Assembly: GCA_025360645.1 (NCBI GenBank)
Contig: JANYBT010000042.1
Location: forward strand, 516 to 64,515
DNA length: 64,000 nucleotides
From: Acidobacteriaceae bacterium
GTDB lineage: Bacteria; Acidobacteriota; Terriglobia; Terriglobales; Acidobacteriaceae
Reading direction: 5' to 3'
A model generated the notes under the pieces. That model was given only the letters and a program-made list of their open reading frames with translations. It was not told the DNA's origin and made no database searches. A program made the translations under genes and the position numbers. Below, piece by piece: positions 26,610 to 35,681 of this stretch (the first letter of the stretch is position 1; each line of letters begins with the position of its first letter).

Positions 26610-27971
26610 TTGGGAACGGTAGATTCCATTCTCGGGCGGTTACCGGCGAACATTGAGGCGGAGCGCTCCATCCTGGGCGCGATTCTGCTCGACAACCGGG
26701 CATTCAACGAGTCCGCGCAAACCCTTGTGCCGGCGGACTTCGCGCTCGATTCCCACCGCCGGATTTACACCCGCATGCAGGACCTACTGGACTCCTCACG
26801 TCCGGTGGACATGATCACGCTGATCAACGAGCTGGAGCGCCACAAAGACTTGCAGGCGGTGGGCGATGTGGGCTACGTCTCGGGGCTGATTGATGGCGTG
26901 CCCGACCGGCCCAGCATTGAACACTACATCCACATTGTGCGCGACAAGGCGGTGCTGCGCGGGCTGATCAACATCGCCACTACCACAATTGCGCGGGCAT
27001 CAGAGCAACTGGATGGCGCGGACGAGATCCTGACCGACGCACAGTCGAACATTTTGGACCTGGCGGAGAAACGGCTGGGTCGCGGCTTTCAGGATGTGCA
27101 GGAGATTGTCCGCGAAAAATTCGGCAGCGTGGACGCGTTGCTCAAGCGCGGCCAGCGCGTCACCGGCCTGGAAACCCATTACAGCTACCTGGATGAGATG
27201 ACCAGCGGCCTGCAGAAATCCGATCTGATCATTCTGGCGGCGCGGCCCTCCATGGGGAAGACGGCGTTTGCGCTGAATATCGCCGAGAATGCCGCCATCC
27301 ATAGCCGCAAGGTGGTCGGCGTGTTCTCGCTGGAGATGTCGAGCGAGGCATTGTTGATGCGCTTGTTGTGTTCGCGGGCAAACGTCAACTCCCAACGCAT
27401 GCGGACAGGCTCCCTGTACAAGGAAGACATGCCGAAAGTGAAGGCGGCGATGGAAGAACTAGTAGCCGCCAAGATTTTTATTGACGATACTCCCGGCATG
27501 GGTCTCACCGAAATGCGGGCCAAGGCGCGCAGCTTGAAGCACAGCGAGCATGGCTTGGACCTGATCGTGGTGGATTATTTGCAACTGATGTCGGGCGGGA
27601 GCAAGCGCTTTGAGAACCGGACGCAGGAAGTATCGGCCATTTCGCGCGGGCTGAAAACCCTGGCGAAGGAGTTGCAAGTGCCGGTGCTGGCGCTCTCGCA
27701 GTTGAGCCGCGCGCCGGAGAGCCGGGGCGGAGACCACCGACCGCAGTTGGCCGACTTGCGCGAATCCGGATCGATCGAGCAGGACGCGGACTTGGTGATG
27801 TTCATCTTCCGGGAGGAAATGTATAAGCCGGATGATCCGGAGTTGAAGGGGCTGGCCGAGATCATCATCGCCAAACAACGCAATGGGCCGACGGGGCGGT
27901 TGAAAATGACCTTCCGGAAGGAAGAAACCCGATTTGAAACCCTCGACCGCGCGCCGGAGTCACAAGAGTAG
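26610..27971 (+). CDS. dnaB: Replicative DNA helicase DnaB
   Basis: N-terminal PANIEAERSILGAILLDN, Walker A ARPSMGKTAFALN, and VVDYLQLM, SQLSR, IEQDAD motifs. TTG start. 453 aa, so no intein. Confidence 0.95.
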   Translation: MGTVDSILGRLPANIEAERSILGAILLDNRAFNESAQTLVPADFALDSHRRIYTRMQDLLDSSRPVDMITLINELERHKDLQAVGDVGYVSGLIDGVPDRPSIEHYIHIVRDKAVLRGLINIATTTIARASEQLDGADEILTDAQSNILDLAEKRLGRGFQDVQEIVREKFGSVDALLKRGQRVTGLETHYSYLDEMTSGLQKSDLIILAARPSMGKTAFALNIAENAAIHSRKVVGVFSLEMSSEALLMRLLCSRANVNSQRMRTGSLYKEDMPKVKAAMEELVAAKIFIDDTPGMGLTEMRAKARSLKHSEHGLDLIVVDYLQLMSGGSKRFENRTQEVSAISRGLKTLAKELQVPVLALSQLSRAPESRGGDHRPQLADLRESGSIEQDADLVMFIFREEMYKPDDPELKGLAEIIIAKQRNGPTGRLKMTFRKEETRFETLDRAPESQE

Positions 27972-28280
27972 TTTCGGGACGAAAGTAGAGGCGCGTGCCT
28001 GTGGAAAATATTGTGAATGCTCATATTGGGCCGAAATGTTTAGATGTTGATTAACCTGCCAAGTTCCGGCGGACAGCCTTACCTGTCTAGCAAGTCTTTT
28101 ATTTTCCTAAACTTATGTGGGATTCGATTAGTTACTATCTGATAGAGTGCCGTTGGCGGCCTGCGCACACGCTCAGGAGATTTGCACATTTTGGCGGGCA
28201 ACCGGTATCCGCTGTCCCGGCCAACCCCTCCCTGCACCGGCGAAGTTAAGTCGCTGGCATCGCCTCCCATCCGGCCAAGG

Positions 28281-29132
28281 TCAGCGGCCCAGCGGTTTCC
28301 ACTTTTCGAGGAACTGAAGCAGGTCGGCGGGCTTCAGAGAGCGGGCCGATTCCCACTCGCCGTTCTTCTGACTGTAGAGCAGTTTGCCGGTAGGATCCAG
28401 CACCGCCAGACCAGGAATGCCCTTCGCCATGGGCACTTCATAGAGCTTCATCAGGTCTTGGTTCTTGTTGCCTTCGCCGATATCCATGTGAACCACCACG
28501 AAGTTCGCGGTGAGGATGGGCTGCACGTCGAGCCGGTGGAAGGCAAGGTCAAGAACGTGACAGTCGTAACACCAGTTCGCCCCGAAAACGAGCAGCACGC
28601 GCTTATGCTCCTTCGCGGCCTTCTGCAGGGCTTCACTAATTTCCTGGTGGGCGTCGCCCTTGTCGTTATAGATGTCTTTCTTCTCGCCAAGCGGTTGCTG
28701 CAGTTGCGCGACGACGGAGCGCTGCACGGTCGCCAGGCGCCACTCGCTGCCGGTCTGCAACCATAGCTGGCCCTCGGCGACGTAAAGGATGTCTGGTTGG
28801 GCCGCGGCGTGGGATTCGATCTCCGCTTGGAAGACAATTTGCCGGGCATTGGACTCGGGCGAACTGGTCAGCAGAATGTCCAGCGTCACGCGGCTGGCTT
28901 TGAGTGCCGTCCAGAAAGCAACTTCCTGATCGGCGCTGAGTTGGTCTTTGCCGCTGGTGATGCGGACCGCTGGATCCGTAGAGTAGAACTTCTTCAGCGC
29001 GGCGGCATCCGATTGGATGACGGCCTGCTTCCACTGTTCGAGCGGAGCGAAGTTTGTAGCGGTCTGGGCGTGCAGAGCAGAGACGAAGCCGAACAAGATG
29101 AGCGCGGCTTGGGCGGGGCGGACTCGACGCAT
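28281..29132 (-). CDS. Secreted NTF2-like (DUF4440/SnoaL-like) + thioredoxin-fold fusion protein
   Basis: Signal peptide MRRVRPAQAALILFGFVSALHAQ. The C-terminal domain carries VLLVFGANWCYDCHVLD (WCxxC) and ...GIPGLAVLDPTGKLLY, typical of Thioredoxin_7-like proteins. The N-terminal half has an NTF2-like pattern. Confidence 0.6.
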   Translation of the reverse strand: MRRVRPAQAALILFGFVSALHAQTATNFAPLEQWKQAVIQSDAAALKKFYSTDPAVRITSGKDQLSADQEVAFWTALKASRVTLDILLTSSPESNARQIVFQAEIESHAAAQPDILYVAEGQLWLQTGSEWRLATVQRSVVAQLQQPLGEKKDIYNDKGDAHQEISEALQKAAKEHKRVLLVFGANWCYDCHVLDLAFHRLDVQPILTANFVVVHMDIGEGNKNQDLMKLYEVPMAKGIPGLAVLDPTGKLLYSQKNGEWESARSLKPADLLQFLEKWKPLGR

Positions 29133-29270
29133 GAGGTAGCTCCTGGCGCGCACAGTATAAATCAAGCAGGTTTGACCCTGCTTTTCTCTGGCCTGTAAGA
29201 TCGAAATTCGGGCTGCAACGCGGGCGGACGAGCGGGAAATCCTCCCCCTTTGCGAGCTGGAACTCACGAA

Positions 29271-32027
29271 ATGCCTCACGACCTGCCTAAATCATACGAG
29301 CCGGGCGCCATCGAAACGCGCTGGGCCGACTTCTGGATCAACGAAAAACTTTTTCATCAGCCGACGCCGCCAGAGGGCGAAACCGCGCCTGTGTTCACGC
29401 TGCTGTTGCCTCCACCCAACGTCACCGGGCGTCTGCATATGGGCCACATGCTCAACCAGACGCAGATGGACATCATCGTGCGTTGGCATCGCATGAGGAA
29501 ATTCCTCACGCTGTGGCTGCCGGGCACGGACCATGCCGGCATCGCCACCCAGATGATGGTGGAGCGGCAGCTTGCGGTGGAAGGAAAGAAGCGCCGCGAC
29601 ATGGGCCGCGACGCATTCATCGAGCGAGTGTGGGAATGGAAGCGGCACTACGGTGGCGCTATTCTCGACCAGATGCGGCGGCTGGGCGCGTCGGTGGATT
29701 GGGACCGCGAATATTTCACCATGGACGAGAATTTGTCCCGTGCGGTGAAGGAGGTGTTCGTCCGCCTGCATGAGCAGGGATTGATCTATCGCGGAAAGTA
29801 CATCGTGAACTGGTGCCCGCGCTGCGGGACCGCGATCTCCGACCTCGAAGTCAAGCACGAAGAAGTTCACGGGAAGCTGTACGAAATCCGCTATCCGGTG
29901 ACGGGAAGCGATGAGTTCATCACGGTGGCCACGACGCGGCCGGAGACCATGCTGGGCGATACCGCGATTGCAGTGAACGCGAAAGACGAGCGCTACACCC
30001 ATCTGCATGGCAAGACGGTGCGGCTGCCGCTGATGGGGCGAGAGATCCCGATCATCTTGGATGACCTGGCGCAACCCGAATTTGGCACGGGTGCGGTGAA
30101 AGTGACGCCGGCCCACGATCCGAATGATTTTCAAGCCGGGCTGCGACACAATCTTCCGCAGATTGACGTGATGGACGAGCACGCGCACATGAACCAGAAT
30201 GCGGGCGTCTATGCCGGACTGGAGCGGTTTGAAGCGCGGGCCCAGGTGCTGCATGCCTTGGAAGAGCAAGGCTTTCTGGTCGCGATCAAGGAGCACACGC
30301 TCTCCATCGGAAAGTGCGACCGCTGCAAGACGATTGTGGAGCCGCGGCTGAGCGAACAGTGGTTCGTCAAAATCGAACCCCTGGCGAAACGCGCGATCGA
30401 GGTGGTGGAAAAGGGATACGTCCGCTTCACGCCTGACAATTACAGAGTCATCTACCTGAATTGGATGGGGAACATCCACGACTGGTGCATCTCGCGACAG
30501 TTGTGGTGGGGGCACCGGATTCCAGCCTGGCACTGTGGCGCGTGCAAGCATATTGAAGTGGCGCGGGCCACCCCGGTGCAATGCAGCAAGTGTGGCAGCG
30601 CGGAGTTGAAGCAGGATACCGACGTGCTGGATACGTGGTTTTCGTCGGGGCTGCTGCCCTTCACCACGCTGGGATGGCCGGAAGCGACGCGGGATCTGGA
30701 GGTGTTCTATCCCACCTCGCTGCTCATCACCAGCTTCGACATCCTGTTCTTTTGGGTGGCAAGAATGATCATGCTGGGCTGCTGGTTCATGAGGCCGCCG
30801 GACAAGCCCGTGCGCGAGGGCGAGCCGCCGCTCAGCGACGAAGAGCGCTTGCGGCAAAGCGTGCCCTTTCAGGACGTTTATATACACGCGCTGGTGCGCG
30901 ATACCGATGGGCAAAAGATGTCGAAGACCAAGGGAAACGTGCTGGACCCCATCGAGGTGATTGGTAAGTACGGTACGGATGCGACCCGGTTTACGCTGGC
31001 GGCCATGGCATCCCCCGGCACGGACATTGCATTTAACGAAAAGCGCACCGACGGTTACCGCGCGTTTGCCAATAAGATCTGGAACGCAGCGCGGTTCATG
31101 TTCATGAACGTGGACAAGGCGCAGCAGGCCGGCATTTGGTCGTTGGAGCAATTTGCAGCGGGTGGGCCACCCCTTGCCCCGCGGACCCTGGAAGACCGCT
31201 GGATTCTGTCGCGCTTTCATCGCGTGACGCGGGAAGTGAACCAGGCGCTGCGGGATTATCGCTTTCACGAAGCGGCGAATTGCATCTACGATTTTTTCTG
31301 GGGAGAATTTTGCGACTGGTACATCGAACTGGTGAAACCGCGCTTGATGGCCGAGAGCGCCGACGCCGAAACCGTCGCCGTGGCGTGCCAGAATCTGGTG
31401 GGCCTGTTCGAGGGTGCGCTGCGATTGCTGCATCCCGTCATGCCCTTTATTACCGAGGAGATCTGGCAGGCGATTTATGACGGCGCGCCCCCGGTGAAGT
31501 CAATCGCGCTGGCGGCATATCCGGAAACCGATGACGCGCTGATTGACCTGGAGGCCGAAACCGGGATGGCGGTACTGCAAGACCTGATTGTCAGCGTGCG
31601 GAACTTGCGGGCGGAACTGAAGATTGAGCCGAAAGTGCGGGTGCCGATTGAAGTCCACGCGCATGAGACCGGTATCCGCAAGCTCATCGAGGAGAACCGT
31701 GGGTCGGTGGAGCGACTGGCCTCAGTGGAGAGCGTGGCCTTCGTGGAATCATCGCTGTCACAACAAACCGGGGCGCGGAGTACCGCCCGGTTCGATGTGC
31801 ACGTGCTCTACGAAAAGAAGGTGGACGCGGTCGCGGAGCAAGCGCGGCTGACCAAGGACCTGGAGCGCATCGAGAAAGAGATGGCCAACGGCCAGCGTCA
31901 ACTGGGGAACGAGAGTTTTCTGGCCAAGGCGCCGGTCGAGGTGGTGGAAGGAATCCGCCGACGCGCCCAGGAACTGGAAGTGCTCCGCGCGAAAGCGCAA
32001 GACGGATTGAAGGAACTGGCAAAATAA
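29271..32027 (+). CDS. valS: Valine--tRNA ligase
   Basis: PPPNVTGRLHMGH (HIGH), KMSKTKGNV (KMSKS) and a C-terminal coiled-coil. Start at MPHDLPKSYEP. Confidence 0.95.
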   Translation: MPHDLPKSYEPGAIETRWADFWINEKLFHQPTPPEGETAPVFTLLLPPPNVTGRLHMGHMLNQTQMDIIVRWHRMRKFLTLWLPGTDHAGIATQMMVERQLAVEGKKRRDMGRDAFIERVWEWKRHYGGAILDQMRRLGASVDWDREYFTMDENLSRAVKEVFVRLHEQGLIYRGKYIVNWCPRCGTAISDLEVKHEEVHGKLYEIRYPVTGSDEFITVATTRPETMLGDTAIAVNAKDERYTHLHGKTVRLPLMGREIPIILDDLAQPEFGTGAVKVTPAHDPNDFQAGLRHNLPQIDVMDEHAHMNQNAGVYAGLERFEARAQVLHALEEQGFLVAIKEHTLSIGKCDRCKTIVEPRLSEQWFVKIEPLAKRAIEVVEKGYVRFTPDNYRVIYLNWMGNIHDWCISRQLWWGHRIPAWHCGACKHIEVARATPVQCSKCGSAELKQDTDVLDTWFSSGLLPFTTLGWPEATRDLEVFYPTSLLITSFDILFFWVARMIMLGCWFMRPPDKPVREGEPPLSDEERLRQSVPFQDVYIHALVRDTDGQKMSKTKGNVLDPIEVIGKYGTDATRFTLAAMASPGTDIAFNEKRTDGYRAFANKIWNAARFMFMNVDKAQQAGIWSLEQFAAGGPPLAPRTLEDRWILSRFHRVTREVNQALRDYRFHEAANCIYDFFWGEFCDWYIELVKPRLMAESADAETVAVACQNLVGLFEGALRLLHPVMPFITEEIWQAIYDGAPPVKSIALAAYPETDDALIDLEAETGMAVLQDLIVSVRNLRAELKIEPKVRVPIEVHAHETGIRKLIEENRGSVERLASVESVAFVESSLSQQTGARSTARFDVHVLYEKKVDAVAEQARLTKDLERIEKEMANGQRQLGNESFLAKAPVEVVEGIRRRAQELEVLRAKAQDGLKELAK

Positions 32028-32905
32028 TGGACTGGACAAGCCGCCGCATCACCGCCATTCTGGAGAACGCGTTACGCGAAGACAGCGCCACGCGCGACGC
32101 TACTAGCTACGCCTGCATTGAACCGGGGCAGCGGGCGAGCGCAACCATTCTGGTGAAGCAGGATTGCGTCATCGCGGGGCTCGGCTGCGTGCCCCGCATC
32201 CTAGATGTGTACGCCTCGCTCGACGGCGCGGTGACGTCGCATTACGAAGTCACCAGCCATCCCGAGATCTTTGATGGGGTGCGGGTGTCGAAGGGGCAGC
32301 CGATTGCCGTCATCCGGCACAATGCGCGCGTGATTCTGTCGTGCGAACGCGTGATCTTGAATCTGCTGCAGCACATGAGTGGAGTGGCGACGCAGACTCG
32401 GAAGTTCGTGGACGCCATTGCCGGAACCAAGGCGCGCATTCTGGACACACGCAAGACCGTGCCCGGCCTGCGGGTGATCGATAAGTATGCGGTGCTGTGC
32501 GGGGGCGGGATGAACCACCGTCTCGATCTATCGGACGGCGTGCTCATCAAGAACAACCATATCGCGCTTGCCGGGGGAGTAGGGCCGGTGCTGGAGCGAG
32601 CGCTGCTGCATCGTCGCGGCACCGAGCCAATCGAGGTCGAAGTGCGGTCGCTGGAGGAACTACAGGAGGCGCTGAAGCACAATGCCGAGGCCATTCTGTT
32701 GGACAACATGACGCCTGACAATGTGCGTAGCGCGGTAGAATTTTGCGCAGGATGGGGACGCCGAACTCCCCTGGAGTGTTCGGGTGGAATTCGTTTGGAA
32801 AACGTCCGAGCATACGCGGAGACCGGGGTGGATTACATTTCGGTAGGAGCGCTGACGCATTCGGCGCCCGCGGTGGATATCAGTTTGCGCGTCGCGCCGG
32901 CGTAG
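32027..32905 (+). CDS. nadC: Nicotinate-nucleotide pyrophosphorylase (carboxylating)
   Basis: ERVILNLLQHMSGVATQT, ILDTRKT.PGLR, GGG.NHR..L.D..LIKNNH and SGGI motifs. The ATG overlaps the valS TAA by 1 nt. Confidence 0.9.
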   Translation: MDWTSRRITAILENALREDSATRDATSYACIEPGQRASATILVKQDCVIAGLGCVPRILDVYASLDGAVTSHYEVTSHPEIFDGVRVSKGQPIAVIRHNARVILSCERVILNLLQHMSGVATQTRKFVDAIAGTKARILDTRKTVPGLRVIDKYAVLCGGGMNHRLDLSDGVLIKNNHIALAGGVGPVLERALLHRRGTEPIEVEVRSLEELQEALKHNAEAILLDNMTPDNVRSAVEFCAGWGRRTPLECSGGIRLENVRAYAETGVDYISVGALTHSAPAVDISLRVAPA

Positions 32906-33088
32906 TGCAGCTCGGCCGGGCGCCGCACAGCGCCGGGCAAGTTCGCGATTGTTGTTTCCCGCGCGGTCGCGCATAATTCACTCATCCTTAAACGCGTCCC
33001 AAATCGAACCACTAAGCCGGAGTCTGCGCTGCCGCCCACCGACGTCCGGCTGGGGTGGATTGTCCGCATCCTGACCAGGCACGCCACG

Positions 33089-34018
33089 GTGGTGATCAGC
33101 GGCACCAAGCTCGCCCAGGAGTTGGGCACCAACCGCTCGGAAGTGTGGCGGCTGGCGCAACAGTTGCGCGGGCTGGGGGTGGACATTGTGGGGCGTCCGG
33201 CGACGGGGTATCAGTTGCGGACCGTGCCCGATCTGCTGCTGCCGGATATGGTTGCGCCCCAGGTCGCAGGCACGATCTTCAGCAAACACATTCACCACTA
33301 CTATCGGATCGGGTCCACCAATGCGGCGGGGATGGAAGCTGCCGCAGCGGGCGCTCCCGAGGGCAGCGTGTTTCTGGCCGAGGAGCAACTCGCGGGGCGG
33401 GGGCGTGGAGCCAACCAGTGGCAGTCGGCGAGGTCGGCGGGGATTTATTGCTCGGTGGTGCTGCGTCCGCCATGGCCGCCGTCGGATGCCTTGATTGTGT
33501 CGCTCGCGGCGGGCTTGGCGGTGCAGGCGGCGGTGCGGGAGATTGATCCGCGGCTGGAACCCGACCTGAAGTGGCCCAATGACCTGCTGATCAAAGGCAA
33601 GAAGTTTTGTGGAATTCTGACCGAGATGAACGCCGAGGCCACTCGAGTGCGGCACCTGGTGGTGGGGATTGGCATCAATGTGAACCAACGAAGTTTTCCG
33701 GTGGACCTGCAGGAAATCGCGACCTCGTTGCGCTTGGAGAGTGGTACGGAATGGTCGCGGGTGGAGCTGTGTGCGGGTTTGTTAAAATCACTCGACCGTG
33801 AGTATCGCAGCTTGCTGGAGGCCTCGGGAGCGCGGCAGTCGATTCTGCGGCGTTTTGAAGAGAACTCTACGATGGTTCGCGGGAAGACAGTGACCGTGGA
33901 AGACAACGGTGGTTTGGAAGGCGTCACCAACGGATTGGATGAACGGGGCTTCTTGAAACTGGAGACCTCGAGTGGGCCTCGCATTGTCCTGAGTGGAACG
34001 GTGCGTCTGAAGACTTAG
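33089..34018 (+). CDS. birA: Bifunctional biotin--[acetyl-CoA-carboxylase] ligase / repressor BirA
   Basis: HTH-like N-terminus (ISGTKLAQELGTNRSEVWRLAQQLRGLG), GRGRGANQWQS and KWPNDLL motifs. The start is uncertain; see findings. Confidence 0.85.
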   Translation: MVISGTKLAQELGTNRSEVWRLAQQLRGLGVDIVGRPATGYQLRTVPDLLLPDMVAPQVAGTIFSKHIHHYYRIGSTNAAGMEAAAAGAPEGSVFLAEEQLAGRGRGANQWQSARSAGIYCSVVLRPPWPPSDALIVSLAAGLAVQAAVREIDPRLEPDLKWPNDLLIKGKKFCGILTEMNAEATRVRHLVVGIGINVNQRSFPVDLQEIATSLRLESGTEWSRVELCAGLLKSLDREYRSLLEASGARQSILRRFEENSTMVRGKTVTVEDNGGLEGVTNGLDERGFLKLETSSGPRIVLSGTVRLKT

Positions 34019-34051
34019 GCGGTTGGTTTTGGAAAGGAACACGGTCGGCAC

Positions 34052-34921
34052 ATGCTTCTGGTGATTGATGTAGGCAACACCAATACGGTGCTGGGAGTGT
34101 TCGCGCGCGAAGACGGTGCGGCAGAGTATGCCCGCCTGTCCGCCCATTGGCGGGTTACCACGGAACTGAAACGCACGGTGGATGAATATGGCGTGTTGTT
34201 CCGCAACCTGTTTTCCATGGACAAGGTGGAGGCAGCGGGCATCCAGGGCATCGTGATTTCTTCGGTCGTCCCGCCTCTGGATTCGGTGTTGCGGCAGGTG
34301 TGCGAACGATACTTCCACGTGCCTGCGCTGTTCATTGAACCGGGAGTCAAGACCGGCATGCCGGTGCACTACGATAATCCGGCGGAGGTGGGAGCAGACC
34401 GCATTGTGAACGGGGTGGCGGCATTTGAGAAATATGGCGGCCCATGCGTGGTGGTTGACTTTGGCACGGCGACCACCTTTGACTGCATCTCGGCGAAGGG
34501 CGAATACCTGGGCGGTGTGATATGCCCGGGCATCGGGATTTCCGCCGACGCCCTGTTTCAGCGCACCGCGCGACTGCCCCGAGTAGACATCCGCAAACCG
34601 GCGCGGGTAATTGGGTCGAACACGGTGGGCAGTCTGCAGTCGGGGCTGTATTACGGGTACCTCGGATTAGTGGATGGAATCCTGACTTTGCTGACCCAGG
34701 AACTGGGCGCGGAGACCAAGGTCGTGGCCACTGGAGGCTTGGGCGGAATGCTCGGCACCGCATCGAAGTTCATCACCGCGGTGGACGAATATCTGACCCT
34801 CGAAGGCTTGCGGATCATCTGGGAACGCAACGCGACCAGCCGCCAGAAATCAACGGCGCACCCGGAGAAGTCGCCGTCCGCGAGCGGCAAGAGCGCGGGC
34901 AAGTCCCCCAAGCCCCGCTGA
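34052..34921 (+). CDS. coaX: Type III pantothenate kinase
   Basis: MLLVIDVGNTNTVLGVF, GADRIVN, VVDFGTATTFD and ATGG motifs. The C-terminal tail of about 30 aa is Ser/Lys-rich. Confidence 0.9.
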   Translation: MLLVIDVGNTNTVLGVFAREDGAAEYARLSAHWRVTTELKRTVDEYGVLFRNLFSMDKVEAAGIQGIVISSVVPPLDSVLRQVCERYFHVPALFIEPGVKTGMPVHYDNPAEVGADRIVNGVAAFEKYGGPCVVVDFGTATTFDCISAKGEYLGGVICPGIGISADALFQRTARLPRVDIRKPARVIGSNTVGSLQSGLYYGYLGLVDGILTLLTQELGAETKVVATGGLGGMLGTASKFITAVDEYLTLEGLRIIWERNATSRQKSTAHPEKSPSASGKSAGKSPKPR

Positions 34922-34927
34922 AGCGCC

Positions 34928-35638
34928 GTGGAAAACTACTTCAATTACTTCACTGAAATCGAAGAGCATTTTCAGCGGCGGCGCGGGTCGGCGCTGCTTC
35001 TCTCCACCCTGGACTGGGCGTTGATTGAAACCTGGAAGGATGCGGGAATCCCGCTCGCGGCCGTGCTTCGCGGCATTGACGATGCATTTGAAAAATACCA
35101 GAAGCGGCGTTCGCGTTCGCAGAAGGTCAACGGCCTGGCCTACTGTTCGCAGGCGGTGTTTGTGGCTGCCGAAGCCATGAAAGAGGCCGCGACCGGTGCG
35201 CCTCGGGAAGCGACGGCTGGCACTCCGGAAAAAGGGTTTCAAGGCAGCGAGATTGCAACGTTCCTGCGACGCTGCGGCGATGCCCTGGAGCAAGCGCAAC
35301 TTCCGGAGCGCGGCGGCGCAGCCCCGCAAGTGATGGCGCGGGAGGTGGCCGCGGAATTGCGGGACTTGGCGGCGGCCGTCGAGTCTTCCCCCCAGCTGCC
35401 GCCGCTCGAGGATTTGGAGCGCAGGCTGAAGGTCTGGGAAGACAAACTGTACTCGCTGTTGTTGGCAGCGACCCCGGATGAGGAGATCGTGATGGTGCGA
35501 GCCGAGGCCGACCGCGAACTCGACCGTTACCGCCGCAAGATGCCGGCTGCGCAAATCGACCAACTGATAAAACAGTACATTCACAAGCGGCTGTTGGAAA
35601 AATACAAACTGCCGCGCTTGAGCCTTTTCTACATGTAA
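34928..35638 (+). CDS. Hypothetical protein (helical, charged; no family recognised)
   Basis: 236-aa ORF with protein-like composition (MENYFNYFTEIEEHFQRRRGSALLLSTLDWALIETWKDAGIPL...). GTG start 6 nt after the coaX stop. The antisense 326-aa ORF is Arg-rich shadow. Confidence 0.55.
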   Translation: MENYFNYFTEIEEHFQRRRGSALLLSTLDWALIETWKDAGIPLAAVLRGIDDAFEKYQKRRSRSQKVNGLAYCSQAVFVAAEAMKEAATGAPREATAGTPEKGFQGSEIATFLRRCGDALEQAQLPERGGAAPQVMAREVAAELRDLAAAVESSPQLPPLEDLERRLKVWEDKLYSLLLAATPDEEIVMVRAEADRELDRYRRKMPAAQIDQLIKQYIHKRLLEKYKLPRLSLFYM

Positions 35639-35681
35639 GCTAGTGGAACTGGTTTCATCCCCAGACCGATGGTAGTGATTT

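Noticed and set aside
27972-28280. AT-rich 309-bp spacer after dnaB, considered as a possible ncRNA, att site or IS remnant
   Set aside because: Only trivial palindromes are present (ctatc-t-gatag at about 28135; tttcg-gga-cgaaa after the dnaB stop). There are no repeats shared with other parts of the window and no ORF, so the evidence is insufficient.
29292-31433. 713-aa ORF antisense to valS
   Set aside because: It lies opposite an unmistakable valS (HIGH/KMSKS motifs). Its translation is Arg/His/Pro/Gln-rich low-complexity sequence, typical of stop-free shadow frames in GC-rich DNA.
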